Assembly: GCA_008632985.1 (NCBI GenBank)
Contig: QPGO01000003.1
Location: 124,001-188,000 of the forward strand
DNA: 64,000 nucleotides
Source of the DNA: Psammoneis japonica
Lineage: Eukaryota
Reading direction: 5' to 3'
In this document: positions 49,101 to 60,505 of the stretch, in pieces
Numbering within the stretch: position 1 is the first letter of the stretch
Layout: every line of letters begins with the position of its first letter
The notes under the pieces: model-generated
Databases searched by the model: none
Seen by the model: only the letters and a program-made list of their open reading frames with translations
Told to the model about the DNA's origin: nothing
Made by a program: the position numbers and the translations under genes

Positions 49101-52100
49101 TGCAGTGTCCACCACTTTTGATGCATGTCTGCTTGTGTGTTCGAAATGAGTCAACCACTTGGGATGCTCAAGCAACAAACGTTTTTTGAACAATGCAAAC
49201 AAACAAGTCCTGGACGACATCACCATCGCTTGCACCATCACATGCAGTCTCAGGAACAGACTCTTTGAAGTCATTCCACAGCAGTTCCACGGCTTCGTCT
49301 GCGAGTTTTTCCCATCATGCAGTTGCACTGTCCTCCCCCAGCTTCTTTGTTGTTGTTTCATTGAAGCAACCCCAAATTGCAGCAAGCAATTGCAAACCAA
49401 AACCGAAAAACTCAGGAGACACCAAGGTGTGGTCCTCTTTTCCGACGCGGCCGCGAGCCTCGTCTTTGAGCCTGAGAATCTCGGGACACACCATTTCTCG
49501 AACAGATGGTGCCACTGTTCTCAATTCCATTTTGTCAACGACCATCTCATCAAGCATTGCTGTTGCTTTCTTTCCATTTTCAGAGCCTGCTTCAAAATGG
49601 TTGCATGCATTGGCTGTTGCCCAGCCCAGGAACCACGTCACCTCCTTGTTTGCGTCCTCCTGAGAAATGGAGTTTGCGGACGAGGCAATGGCTTCCCATT
49701 TCTTGTTGTCTTTTGCCAAGGCCTTCTCAACTGCTTCATCAACGCTGCTGGGTTCTTGGCAAATTCCGTCAGACATTGCGTCATCAAGAGTTCGTGTGAA
49801 TTCTTCTGCAAACCAAGCAGCTGCAAAGTCGACAATCAGCGCGTGGAATGCCAACAGCTTTTCCAGCTTGCCATCTTCTGTCATTTCTGCCTGCAGAGTC
49901 TTCAGGAGCATTGAATGGCAAGTTCCCATCCTTTCCATGTCTGTTTGCAATTTGCACACTTGAACCATGAAGGAACGCTCAACACCACGCCTGCCAAACT
50001 TTTCGCGTCCCTTTTCCATCTCGCCCCACAGGCACTGGCAGGCCGTGTAGAAGGCTTTTTGTCCTTGCTTGTTCAGTTGACAAAGGGATTGAAAGCAGTG
50101 TTCTTCGTTGGTGCCAACTGACAACTTTGCATGCTCTACAAAGTCAACATCACTCAACATCATGTTGTTGCACCGTGTCCTTGTTTCCGTGTTCATTCGG
50201 TCCAGCACCAACTTTGCGCCTTGACCACCTTTTGACTTGTTTGTTTCGATTTGTTGGCCAATGGACAAGTCAAGTGCATGAGTCGAGTTCCTGGATTTCC
50301 TGTCCCGCAACCATTCGTCCACCGTGGCATCTCTTTGTTTGTCCGCACGGTTGGTCAGGACATTGCCTGTCTTTGTTGGCGACTCTGCTCTGGTGACATC
50401 TTCGCTGTCATACATGGGGTTGCTGTCTAAGGCTGCAAATGCCTTTTGCAAGTCCACGATTCCTGTTGTGCTTGGGTGATTCAATGGTGTGTCACCTTTG
50501 TGCTGCCGTACAAGGGAAAACAAGGCTTCCAGAATGCTTGTGTTGGAGTGCAAGAATGGGATAAAAACCTTGTCTCCTGCCAGTTTCCACACAGTTTCTG
50601 CACAGACCATGAAACCGCAAATGCTCGCCCGCAGTGCGTGACAAGTTTGACTTGATGGGAACCATTTTTGCTGCTCTGTGGACTTGATCCTTTCAACTTT
50701 AGCTCCTCTTTCCCTTCTGGTTGCTCGGCGTGCCAATCACGAAGGTGCTCAAGCGTCACTGTGACCTTCTCCTTCCACTTTTTAATGTTGGTGGGAGTGA
50801 TTCGAGCCCATCTGTTCATGAACGTCTCTGTGTAGATGTTGGTCATGTGGGTGAGAAACTCTAGAGTCATCACGTCTGACATTGCAGTGTCAAATTCAGC
50901 CCTTTGAGAGCTGGCCAGATTGGATGCATTGATCTTCAAAAACTGGTCTTTCAACTCAGTGACAGTCTGAACCATGGTCTTGTCTGCACCAGTGACCAAC
51001 TCAGCTGTTGGGGCAAGCTTTTGAAGCTCCCCAAACAGGTGGTTGGTGAGCTCATTGATGGTGTCTGAGTGGAAAACTTGCTTGACCAAGTTGACGTTCA
51101 TTTTGTTCCACCTGTCTGGCTGCTCAGACTCGCGTTTAAGAGGAGTGTCTTGGATGCTCTTTTTCTTGTCTCTTTTGTAAAGTCGATTGATCGTTGGCCA
51201 GCCAAAGTAGAAGCCATGTCGCTTGAAACTTCTTGGCAAGGAAGAGTTGTTGGGCACCTCGCTGGAGCTCAAGAGAGAATTCCTCCCTCCTTTTGCATTG
51301 TGAACTGTGCAAAAGAAGACGCCCACTCTTCAAGTTGGGTCAGCGGGATTGACAAAGGAGCACACACAGCTGTCAAGCCAAGTGTCCAAGTCCTCGGGGA
51401 CCTTGCCAAGACAGAACATTTTTGCACACCTTGGGTTGCTTCCTCTGGCATCCAGCCCAAAGCCCGCCACAGCAAGCCCAGCAAGCTCGCACCCAAGGAT
51501 GGACTGCTTTGTCTGGCGCATGAGCTCATCTCCCGTCATCGCACCATTGCTGAAGAAGAACTCAAGTGGGTGGGTCTTGTTTGTCTCAGCACACCTGAAA
51601 AAGAACTGGTTGACGCACAGGGAGATGCTGAAGCTGTCCTCTTTGGCACTCTTCTCCTCTCCATTGTCCTTGGCCCCATCTTGCTCAACCAAGCTGTCGG
51701 CAGGCTCATCGTCAGTGACCTCCTTGTCAGTTTTCTTCACCAAAGCCAGAACCTCATCAGCCAGCTGGATCCTGTCTTGGTCATGAGCAACGACAATCCC
51801 AGTGCAGACAGAAGTCATTGGGTTAAAGCAGAAGTCAGATCTCAGCTTCATCTGATCACAAAGAATTTGGCCAACCACCAACTTGGAAGAGTCGCCCCTG
51901 AATGCCTCTGCAGCCCACCCACAGATCCTTGGGAATGTCCCCTCCTTGGGTGCCAGAGCTTTCTTGATTTGCTTCAAATGTGACAAAGACAGCATTGGAA
52001 TGATTCCAGACTCACTCCAGTGTTTGAAGCCTTTGTGACTTTCTGCACACAAGGCCAAGGCCATCCGTGTGAGCCGGGGGGAGAAGCTGCACTGCTTTGG

Positions 52101-55100
52101 TTTTCCTGCAGCTCTCTTGGCAAAGTTGCAAATGGCGTCCACCAACTCGTCCACCAGCTGCAATGACTCAGCTTCCACCTCCTTTGATGATGATGATGAT
52201 GCACCCTCCATTTCTGCAATGTGTTGGACCACGCACCCCAAGATCCTTTTGTGGGTGTGGGTCTTGTTGTCTTTGCAGCATTTGGCAGACTCAAACAGCA
52301 AATCACGCAGATGATCGTCATCGGAACCAATGTGCAGCTGGCTCTTGTCAGAATGCATGAATTTCCTAAAGGATTTTAATCGCGCTCCAGCTTGCCTCAG
52401 GTTTGTTGCCAAACTTGATGCCTTGGCCTCCAGCTGTTCCCGAGACATGCAGGTGTTCCTGGTGGTGGGCTTCACGTCTTCCGCCTTCTTGGACTCAAAA
52501 GTCTTGCAACGCTTTGCGGATTTGCAGCAGGTGCCACAAGGGTCACAGTCACCAGTGTCTGTTCTCCTCTTTTGCACAAGGGAAAACATGGTGCAATTTG
52601 TCATGTGCTCACTGTGACAATGCGACAGACACGGTCGCAAGCACACTTGCACATTTTGACTGTCACGGCCCAGCGGTGCCAAGTCGATCTGGTCACAGCA
52701 CTTGCAGCACAGTTTGACAATGGCCACAGCATCTGGATGGCACATGAGTTCCTCATCCTTCTTTTTGTCAGTGGCCTCACCGCTGCTGCCAATCGTCTCC
52801 ATGTGCAAGGCACTCAGTTTGCGTGTGAGTTGCACAACGGAAGGCACCAATGGGCCAGTCCAACTGCCAGCTGCTGCTGCTGCGACCTCTTCCTCTGTTT
52901 TTTCTTCACCACAGTCACCTTCAATGGAATCCCTGATGATGGCACGGGCCACTCGTTCCAAGGAAAATGAGTTTGTGACAGCAAGTGCATCCTGTCTGGA
53001 GGCCAGCGGCGCTTGGATGCATCCATGCTTGTTGGCGGCATCTGAGTTGGCCTCCAATGACACACGCTCAGAATCATGTGCAATGCCCACACTGTGAGCA
53101 GTGTCCAAATCCATGGGAGTGGTCAATTGGTGAAATGCTCCTCCAACACCAGGCAAAGGATCCAACTCAACAAACTCGCCATGCTCGGCAGCAAGACGAC
53201 GGAATTCTTGACTCCATTCCTCTCCATCAACTTGGGGCAAAAATGGTGTCTTGCAACAACCATTTCACCTTTTCCTTCAAAGCCTTGTCCAAGCAATCGA
53301 GTGAATGATGCTCTCAAAGCAACAGCAGATGCCTTGGTCCCTTCTCGAACTCGGCAATGACCCAACAATGGATGCGCGGTCCTGGTGGCAATGCAGCACT
53401 GTGCGATTTCCTTGCAGAAGGATTCGCAGTCACTCCAATTGCATTGGCACTGGTTGTGTGCCAGCAACTGTGACCTTGACATGTTGTGTTGAGTGTGTGA
53501 TGTCAGCACAAGTGACTGTGTTGTCGGTTGTGGCAGAATGTGAGCGCAAACTTGTCGGTTGTTGTGCGTTGCATCGCGGTGAAATTGTAAATTTTTCTGA
53601 TTTCGCCCCACAAAAATTCTCTCAGGTGCAGCACATCGTGACACAGCTTTCGTGGACGATCTGCGCGCGTGAGCCACCTCATCGTTTTGTCGTTCGTGCA
53701 TTGCACGCGGGCGACAACAGACGATTTGTGCACCTCTGGGATCATCATCCTTTGGATGGTTGAGTGGCACACTCATGGCTGCCTCCAGCATCTTGAGATG
53801 CACATCCTTTCCCATGCTGCAGTCTCTGACAAGACCCTTCTTGATGCTTTTGCAATGGCAATCATCGCTGTTTGTGACAAACAGGAGTGCAGTCCATGTC
53901 TCACACGTGGACTGCTTCATTTCCTTTTTCTCTGCTGTTCCTGCTGCGGCACACTCCTTTTGGTTTTCAGTGAAACCGTCAAGCAGTTTGTTGCCCAATC
54001 TTTTGCTTGTTGTGTCACGTTGATTCTTAAATCGTGATGGGCAGTTGTTGATCAGCTCTTGTTCTTGTTGCTTCACCTCCAATGGGTTCTTGGGTGCTTT
54101 GGCAAGTGTGTGGAATGGGTGTCAACCCATCATGGAGTCATGTGTCAGGGTTTGGATCAGCTTCAGCAGCTCAACAGGATTGTCCCTGATTGTGTCGCAG
54201 GTTGGATCCACTTGCACTCTCTGCCTCATTGGTCTTGTGCAGCAGTCATCAAGAATCATGGCAAATGCCTTGTTCTTGTTCTCCTCAAACTGTTTTGTCT
54301 TGCTTTGACAATCTCTGAGTTCAGCCTTGCACTTGCACTCAAACTGTCTGTTCTCTTGTTCTGCTTCTGGTGAATCCTTTGCTTCATTGGACACCTTCAA
54401 GGACAGTGTTTCACCCGAGAAGTCTTGGTGCTTCATGTCTTCCAGTGATCATGCCAAGTGCTTTCCTTGTTTGCACTCTTTCTGCATGTTGCGCACAATC
54501 TTGGTCTTCACATCTTCAAATGTCATGTTTCAAGAGTTGCTGTTCATTGTTGACGGAGGGAATTTCATTTCAGGGTTAAAGCTCCTGTTGCTGTGCGTCT
54601 TCTTCTTTGATCTGGAAGACTTGGGATTCTTGTTCCCACTGCCTTGACCACACTTTTGGTCTTGGCCTTTCTTGTGTGGATTGCCAGCTCCTCTGCCACT
54701 CATCTTGCAGGCTGCTTGTTTCTTTGACAGAGAATGCAGACTTGATTTGGTGAGCTGTTTCACTCACATGCTTGCAACTCTTTAGAGTGAATGTTGAACC
54801 AACGTGCCAATGGCAGCAAAAGGGAATCTTGCAAAGCTTCCCCTGCTCTCAATGTGCACATCTTGGCTGCTTGTGCAGCCATGGATTGCCCAGAAGATTG
54901 CTCAATGCAACTTTGCACACCAAATGGATTTGGCTTCAACAGACACTTCTCAGCACCAATGACAATGGCTGATGTGCCAGATGACTCACTCCAAAGAGTG
55001 AGAACACTTCATTTTGGGGGTGACAGTGCAATGACAAAGAATGCATTGTCATCAGATGGGCCACATCAGGAGACAAGTGTCCACAGACTTCAACTCTTTC

Positions 55101-55114
55101 TGGGCTCTCTAACA
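46129..55114 (-). mobile_element. Older Ty1/copia element lacking RT/RNase H, with a P element nested in gag
   Basis: ~323-bp LTR copies at 46129-46452 and 54792-55114. gag starts at 54703 (MSGRGAG), Zn knuckle CHCCG..HKSSEC, protease IVLDDGS, integrase start (LCIDI; KDHVPKVE). No matching TSD. Confidence 0.8.
47836..53738 (-). mobile_element. Complete P-element-superfamily DNA transposon (5.9 kb), inactivated
   Basis: 27-bp TIR CAGAGGTGCACAAATCGTCTGTTGTCG and 8-bp TSD GGATCATC (47828-47835, 53739-53746). Transposase motifs CDQMKL, HNAKGGRN, NKMNV..KQVF and NTSILEALFSLVR; THAP-like C..C...RHHF N-terminus. Confidence 0.9.
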
Positions 55115-58100
55115 CCCTCGTCTAACTTGCTCCGACAGTGTGTGGGTGCATGTGCTGGCACGACTTGAGAACTAAGAATCAAGCCCTCAATCTCAGCCAC
55201 ACCAGTCTTTTTTTCAGCGAAGCACTTCCTTCACTGTGTTTCATGCAAGAACATTCAGAACAAAATGTGGTCTCATTGTGGCCAAGATGATGGCAGAGTG
55301 GGGCTGTTTTGTGCCCTTCATTCAAAAACTTTCTTGTTGGCCTGTTCCAGCCAATTTTCTGTGCAGTTTGGGGCATTGAACTCCTTCAAATTTGATCGTT
55401 TCAAAAGTCAAAAGGTGAGACACAAAAAAACATGAGTTTTGTGTGCAATCACCCTTTGATTTGGGAAAAACCTGTTTTCACTCTCCTTTTGACTCTTGAC
55501 TCAGGTTGTTGCAAAGTGCAGCGCACTTGATGTTGACTGAAAAACAAGTCAGTGACAGCTGTTGGGGCTCCAGTTGCAGCCCCTGATGATCCAGATGCTC
55601 AACTCAGTGCCTGGTGAACCAAAAGAGGCGCAGATTGTGCTTCTGGGTTCACCCCAATTTCTGCCAGGTTCCTTTTTTGTTGTGGCTGTCATTTTTGGTT
55701 GTTTTGCCATGGCAAAGCATGACAGCAATGATGGTTGAAGTGCACTGCAAAATGCAAGTGGGGTCATCAAGTGTCGGCCATTGAAATTTTGTCAAGCTGG
55801 TGCTGCAGCAAATGCCCCAGGTGTTGTCACTCAACACCCCCGGTTGGGTCATGATGAAATTGCTGATGGCGTTCTTTCATGGCTGAACTTTGTTTTGCCA
55901 TGCCAGGAAACAACAACCATCAACCATGATTCTGAGTTTTTCATGATTCTGAGTTTTTCTTGTTGCTTCATGGACAAGCGAGTTGTGGGTGCTTCCTTGT
56001 TGGTGATCAGGAAGCCACAAAATCCTGGCCAGACAACAGCTTGCACCACAGTCATGAGGGTGCTGCAACAACTGTCAGCTGTCTTTGTCAGAACTTGGCT
56101 GAACTCTTCAGAAAACTGTGTGCTTCTCACTCTCAGTGGCCTCCACTGGCAGCCAACTTGTGTCTGACAATGTGATTTCTGCCATGCACTGACACAACGG
56201 CAGCTTTTTTTCACTTGCCTCTTTGAAATGAATCACGACAAATTTCATTGGGCTGTCTTTGCTCAGAATGAACCAGCAACACCTGAGACTTGCTCTCATG
56301 CACAGCTGCAGACCGGGGCCAACAGCCAACACATTTTCAGGTGACAAATTTGCACAAGAGCGCAAAGCCATGAGATTTCTTTTCAGCACTTTGTTGCTTC
56401 AAGAGCACCCAGCACCTGCTGTCAAGCTGGCATTTGCTGTCCTTCCATCACCAACAGTGTTGAGGTTGGTCTGGACCTGCTCATGACAAGAAGCTTGTTG
56501 CCCTTTTGGCAAAGGGCGCAGAGTTGACTCAAGTGGCGCTGTGGACTCTGGCAGTTGGACAAAATCGGTGTCTGCATTGTGGCATCAAGTTGACTTGTCA
56601 CTCAATCAAGCAAGCCTGCCGAGATGTCATCTGCCACCAGCAACGGCGTTTTTGTGAGAATTGCAAAAGGCTTTCAAAGTCTCTGGCTCACACCAACACA
56701 CATTTTGTCACAAAGGACATTGAGCTCTTCACAAAGTGCGCACATGACAAAAGATGCAATTGCTTGACTGGGCCCAACAGGACAACAGATGCCACCCAGG
56801 TCGTTCAAAAGCACAAGGGCACAAAGCTCAGCAGCAAGAAGAACAAAAAGAAAGAAAAATGCAGTGCAGAGACAATGTGTGGTTGTTTGAGATGGAGGAT
56901 GCATTGTCTCACCCACTGGTTGAATGTCTGAGCCTGTGGATTCCAGGGTGTCCAGATGCGAGAGGCAGGGATGCCAAGGATCATGAGACAGAAAGCCCAC
57001 TCTGCAGAAGAAGACAAAACAGAAAGACATTCAGACACACATGCAGACAGCAAACCGACCAATCTGCAGCCAGCACAGTGCACGACGTCAGCACCTTGAA
57101 CCTTGAACCACGGTTCATCCACAACATTTGCATCTGCAGAGCGACATTTTTAGTGCCAGCGTAGAAACAGCACCAAGATCTTGTGCAGACTTGTGACGGC
57201 AAGACTGCAGCAGAAAGTTGCACATGTGCACTTGCTTTTCTCAACCCGAGACCTTCACCATGATGCTGGGAAGTGTTCCAACGGCCCTCGCAAGTGCAGC
57301 ATGTGCTGACAATCAGCTTGTTGCATCACCAACCTTCGAAGGAACACCCCACAATGCTTGTTTGTTTGAAGCTGTGTGGAAATTAAAGAAACTCAGTTGC
57401 CAACAATGAGGAATGAAATGTTGAAGCATTCTGAGGGTGCCGACAAGCAGCAACAAGGCGGGATTTCGTGTCTGTTCATCTTGTTGAACCGAGAGCTGGA
57501 AGATTGTCTCTTTCAAATGTTCAAGGTGAGTCAAATGTAAACACTGCAATTCAAAACAATGCCAAAATGTCGAAATGTGCTTTTCAATTTTCTCACTTTC
57601 AATTTCTTCTCTCTTGTGCACTCTTGAGAAGAAGCAAGAGTGCTCGATTGATTTTCGCTTCTGTTGCAGTGTCAAGGTCTGACATTGTCACATGAACATG
57701 CAAGAATGCGAGTGTGGTGGATCATGTGCCACATTTGCATCCGTTGTTTTTTTTTTTTTGCTCCATTCGACACCAGTTGTTGCACCTGTTGATTCCACCC
57801 GCTGCACCGAGGAAAGAAAGTGAGAAGGCCTTTTGGTTTTCGTTTCATTGTGGCACAAAGCTCTTGCATTGTCGTCAGTGTGTGTGAGAATGCGAGTGTG
57901 TGGTTTGAAGTGTTTGCCATTGACCAAATCTTGCTTTGTCTTTTGTTGCATGTTCTCACTTTCAACATCTTCTCTCTGTGGACTCCGAAGAAAAAGAAGC
58001 GAGCAGTTGTTTGATGCTCGCTTTCATTGCAGTGGCAAGCTCTCACATTGTCAAGTGGATGTTCACGAATGAGGGTGTGGGGGGTGCATCATGCACCACC

Positions 58101-58540
58101 ATGTTCATCCGCTCGTTTGTTGCTTCCCACACTCGACACAAGACGTTGCTCTGATCCACTCCACCCGGTGCCGAGGAAAACAGTGAGAAGGCTCAACAGA
58201 TTTTGGTTTCATGCGGTGCAAAGCTCTCATGTTGCAGTTTGGACATGTTGGAATGCAAGTGTGGCTTGTGCTCTTTGCTGCTGACCAAGTCGTTGCCAAA
58301 ACAGTCAACAAAGAAAGCGCACTGGCCAGCAGACGAAGATGGCAAAACAGGATTCCAAAAAAGTGTCGGCGATGTTCGCAACATTCTCGCCTCAAACCCT
58401 CGGTGCAGGCTTCCCACACATGCTCGGCAGGTGTCAAGGTTGGCACACAGACCCATCAAACCGAGGGTCTTAATGCCTTTACCCGACATTTCGCAACGGC
58501 TTTCGCTCATCGTCGGAGAAAAAAAAAATGTGTTTTGCTG
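55115..58540. repeat. TpA-depleted degenerate repeat block with decayed coding sequence (unidentified)
   Basis: Near absence of TA. Degenerate internal repeat 57790-57875 vs 58150-58235. Confidence 0.5.
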
Positions 58541-58904
58541 CGATCTATGTTTCTGGTGCAGCACTCGTAGAATCTACGTACTCAGTGAGACATGTGCTTT
58601 TTCTGAGAATTCCGAATTCCTACAAAATCGTCTGTAAGTGACACGAAATATTTTTAGTCATATGATTCGACGCTAATACCACCGCACGTAGAAGTTGAAC
58701 CGTGGTGATATATTATATGAACAGCCGTTGTCGTCCACACTGTCCGTACTGCCAATGTGCGTGCGTACTCTACGTCATTTCAATGAACACGTCAGCGCAT
58801 TCAAGTTCCGATGCAGTTCTTTGAGTTGCGTCACACAACTTTTTTCATCCAGCCATTGTCGACAGTTTCTATTTGCCCACAATTTCGTCTCACAAACAAC
58901 GACA

Positions 58905-60317
58905 ATGAAATTCAAGCTTAAATTTCTTCGCTCCAAGAGCAGGAGGCCGTCTTCCCCTTCTTTGGCCGCTGCAGTCTTCAGCGAAGCTAGATTCTCGCGC
59001 ACTACTGTCATTACGAGTGAAAATGAGATTCGCCACCCTGGAACCTGCCTGGGCTGCGGGGTCCGAACTCACAAGATCAAAATGTTTAGAACAAAGCCCA
59101 TCACCACTGCTTACGCCTACAAAGGAGTTTGCATCGCATGCCACTCCGAGGATGTTCCTCGAAGCATAGTCAATGTGTTTCAGCTAGCACATGATAGTAA
59201 CAAGCAAAGGAAGAAGAAGAAAGTCGTCATCACAACTTATGCGACCAATCTAATTGAGGGTGACATGACGGCTGATAACCCCAGTGTTGCCTCCTCTGCT
59301 GACTCCTCGACGGACTTGAACACTTCAGAGGAAGAACCGGCCGAGGAAGAAAGGAGCGTTGAAGGCCCGGTCGAGGAAAATAGCAGCATTGCCGAGGCCA
59401 GCGTGGAGGATGTCCAAGACTTGTCCTATACCGCCCCGAAGGAAAACGCGGCCGAATTCAACGATGTGTCGGCGCTGAATGCAGCCAGTGAAAAAATGAC
59501 CCAAGCCTTGTCATCTAGGAAAGCCCTCTCGATTCATGATGCAGTCGAGATGCTTACAGAGACCGCAGAGAACGCTGCGTTTGTCAAAAAGTTCTTTCCT
59601 GGGGCGATTGGGAGTTCGCAAGTCCTAAGCCAAGTCGCACCCATTATCGAACGCATGGGATTTACGCCCGAAAACACGCTTTTTGCTCAAAGCATCTGCC
59701 CCGATGAGATTAATCACGAGCCCAATGACTTGCCGAATTTATTTGCCGACCACCTCGGCGAGGTCTTTCACATGGGTGGTTTGGCCGGAGTCCCCTTTAC
59801 TGGAAAGACGGGCTTTCAGGCTTTTAGTCATCACGTTCCTGAGTCAGGACATTTGTTTATTCTCATGGCACCGCATGTTGGTGTATCAAACGACTTGAAA
59901 CTTGGTCAGTACAGTCGTATCGGACAGACTCATAGTGGATCTGCTTGTGGAGCCGCATGTGGAGCACTGGCTCACTGCTGTGCCAACAAGCCTCTTCCGG
60001 ACCTATCCAGCGCCGAACACGACTATCAAATGGCATACCTAATGCATCAGATCCACAAGCGTAGGGATCTGATCTTGTCCAACAAGGACGAAAATGCGAT
60101 CCAAGCTGCTCTAGCACAACAGACATATGAGATTGCCCAGGAGATGCTGAACGGGATTGTCTCGTTGGATTTTGGCGGCAGGAACAGCTCCTTGGTTCTG
60201 CTCACGGGGATTCAAATCAACATGCCTGACCCATTCGAAGACTACTTCCAGCCCTTGTCTTTTGAAATGTTCACAAAGGATGGGGTAAAACACGATTTGT
60301 TTGCCGATGCATTTTGA
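58905..60317 (+). CDS. LCIB: LCIB/LCIC-family (theta-type) carbonic anhydrase with N-terminal Cys/His module and acidic linker
   Basis: SICPDEINH, FHMGGLAGVPFTGKTGFQAFSHHVP, PHVG, ACGA and GIQIN are the conserved LCIB/theta-CA motifs with Cys-His-Cys Zn ligands. ATG chosen at 58905. Confidence 0.9.
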   Translation: MKFKLKFLRSKSRRPSSPSLAAAVFSEARFSRTTVITSENEIRHPGTCLGCGVRTHKIKMFRTKPITTAYAYKGVCIACHSEDVPRSIVNVFQLAHDSNKQRKKKKVVITTYATNLIEGDMTADNPSVASSADSSTDLNTSEEEPAEEERSVEGPVEENSSIAEASVEDVQDLSYTAPKENAAEFNDVSALNAASEKMTQALSSRKALSIHDAVEMLTETAENAAFVKKFFPGAIGSSQVLSQVAPIIERMGFTPENTLFAQSICPDEINHEPNDLPNLFADHLGEVFHMGGLAGVPFTGKTGFQAFSHHVPESGHLFILMAPHVGVSNDLKLGQYSRIGQTHSGSACGAACGALAHCCANKPLPDLSSAEHDYQMAYLMHQIHKRRDLILSNKDENAIQAALAQQTYEIAQEMLNGIVSLDFGGRNSSLVLLTGIQINMPDPFEDYFQPLSFEMFTKDGVKHDLFADAF

Positions 60318-60505
60318 GTCCAGCTCTTATAGGACTCTATTGCTACTTTTTTTAAGATTACGTTGAGGCACGCGCCTCTTTTGCTATTGTCAACTAGAGA
60401 AATGGTTTGACTTTTTCAACACAAGCTGTAATATCGAATGAATTCTTGTCCCGACTGGGAAAGTAAGAATCGACTGATCCAGCTACATAATACCATATTG
60501 TTGGC

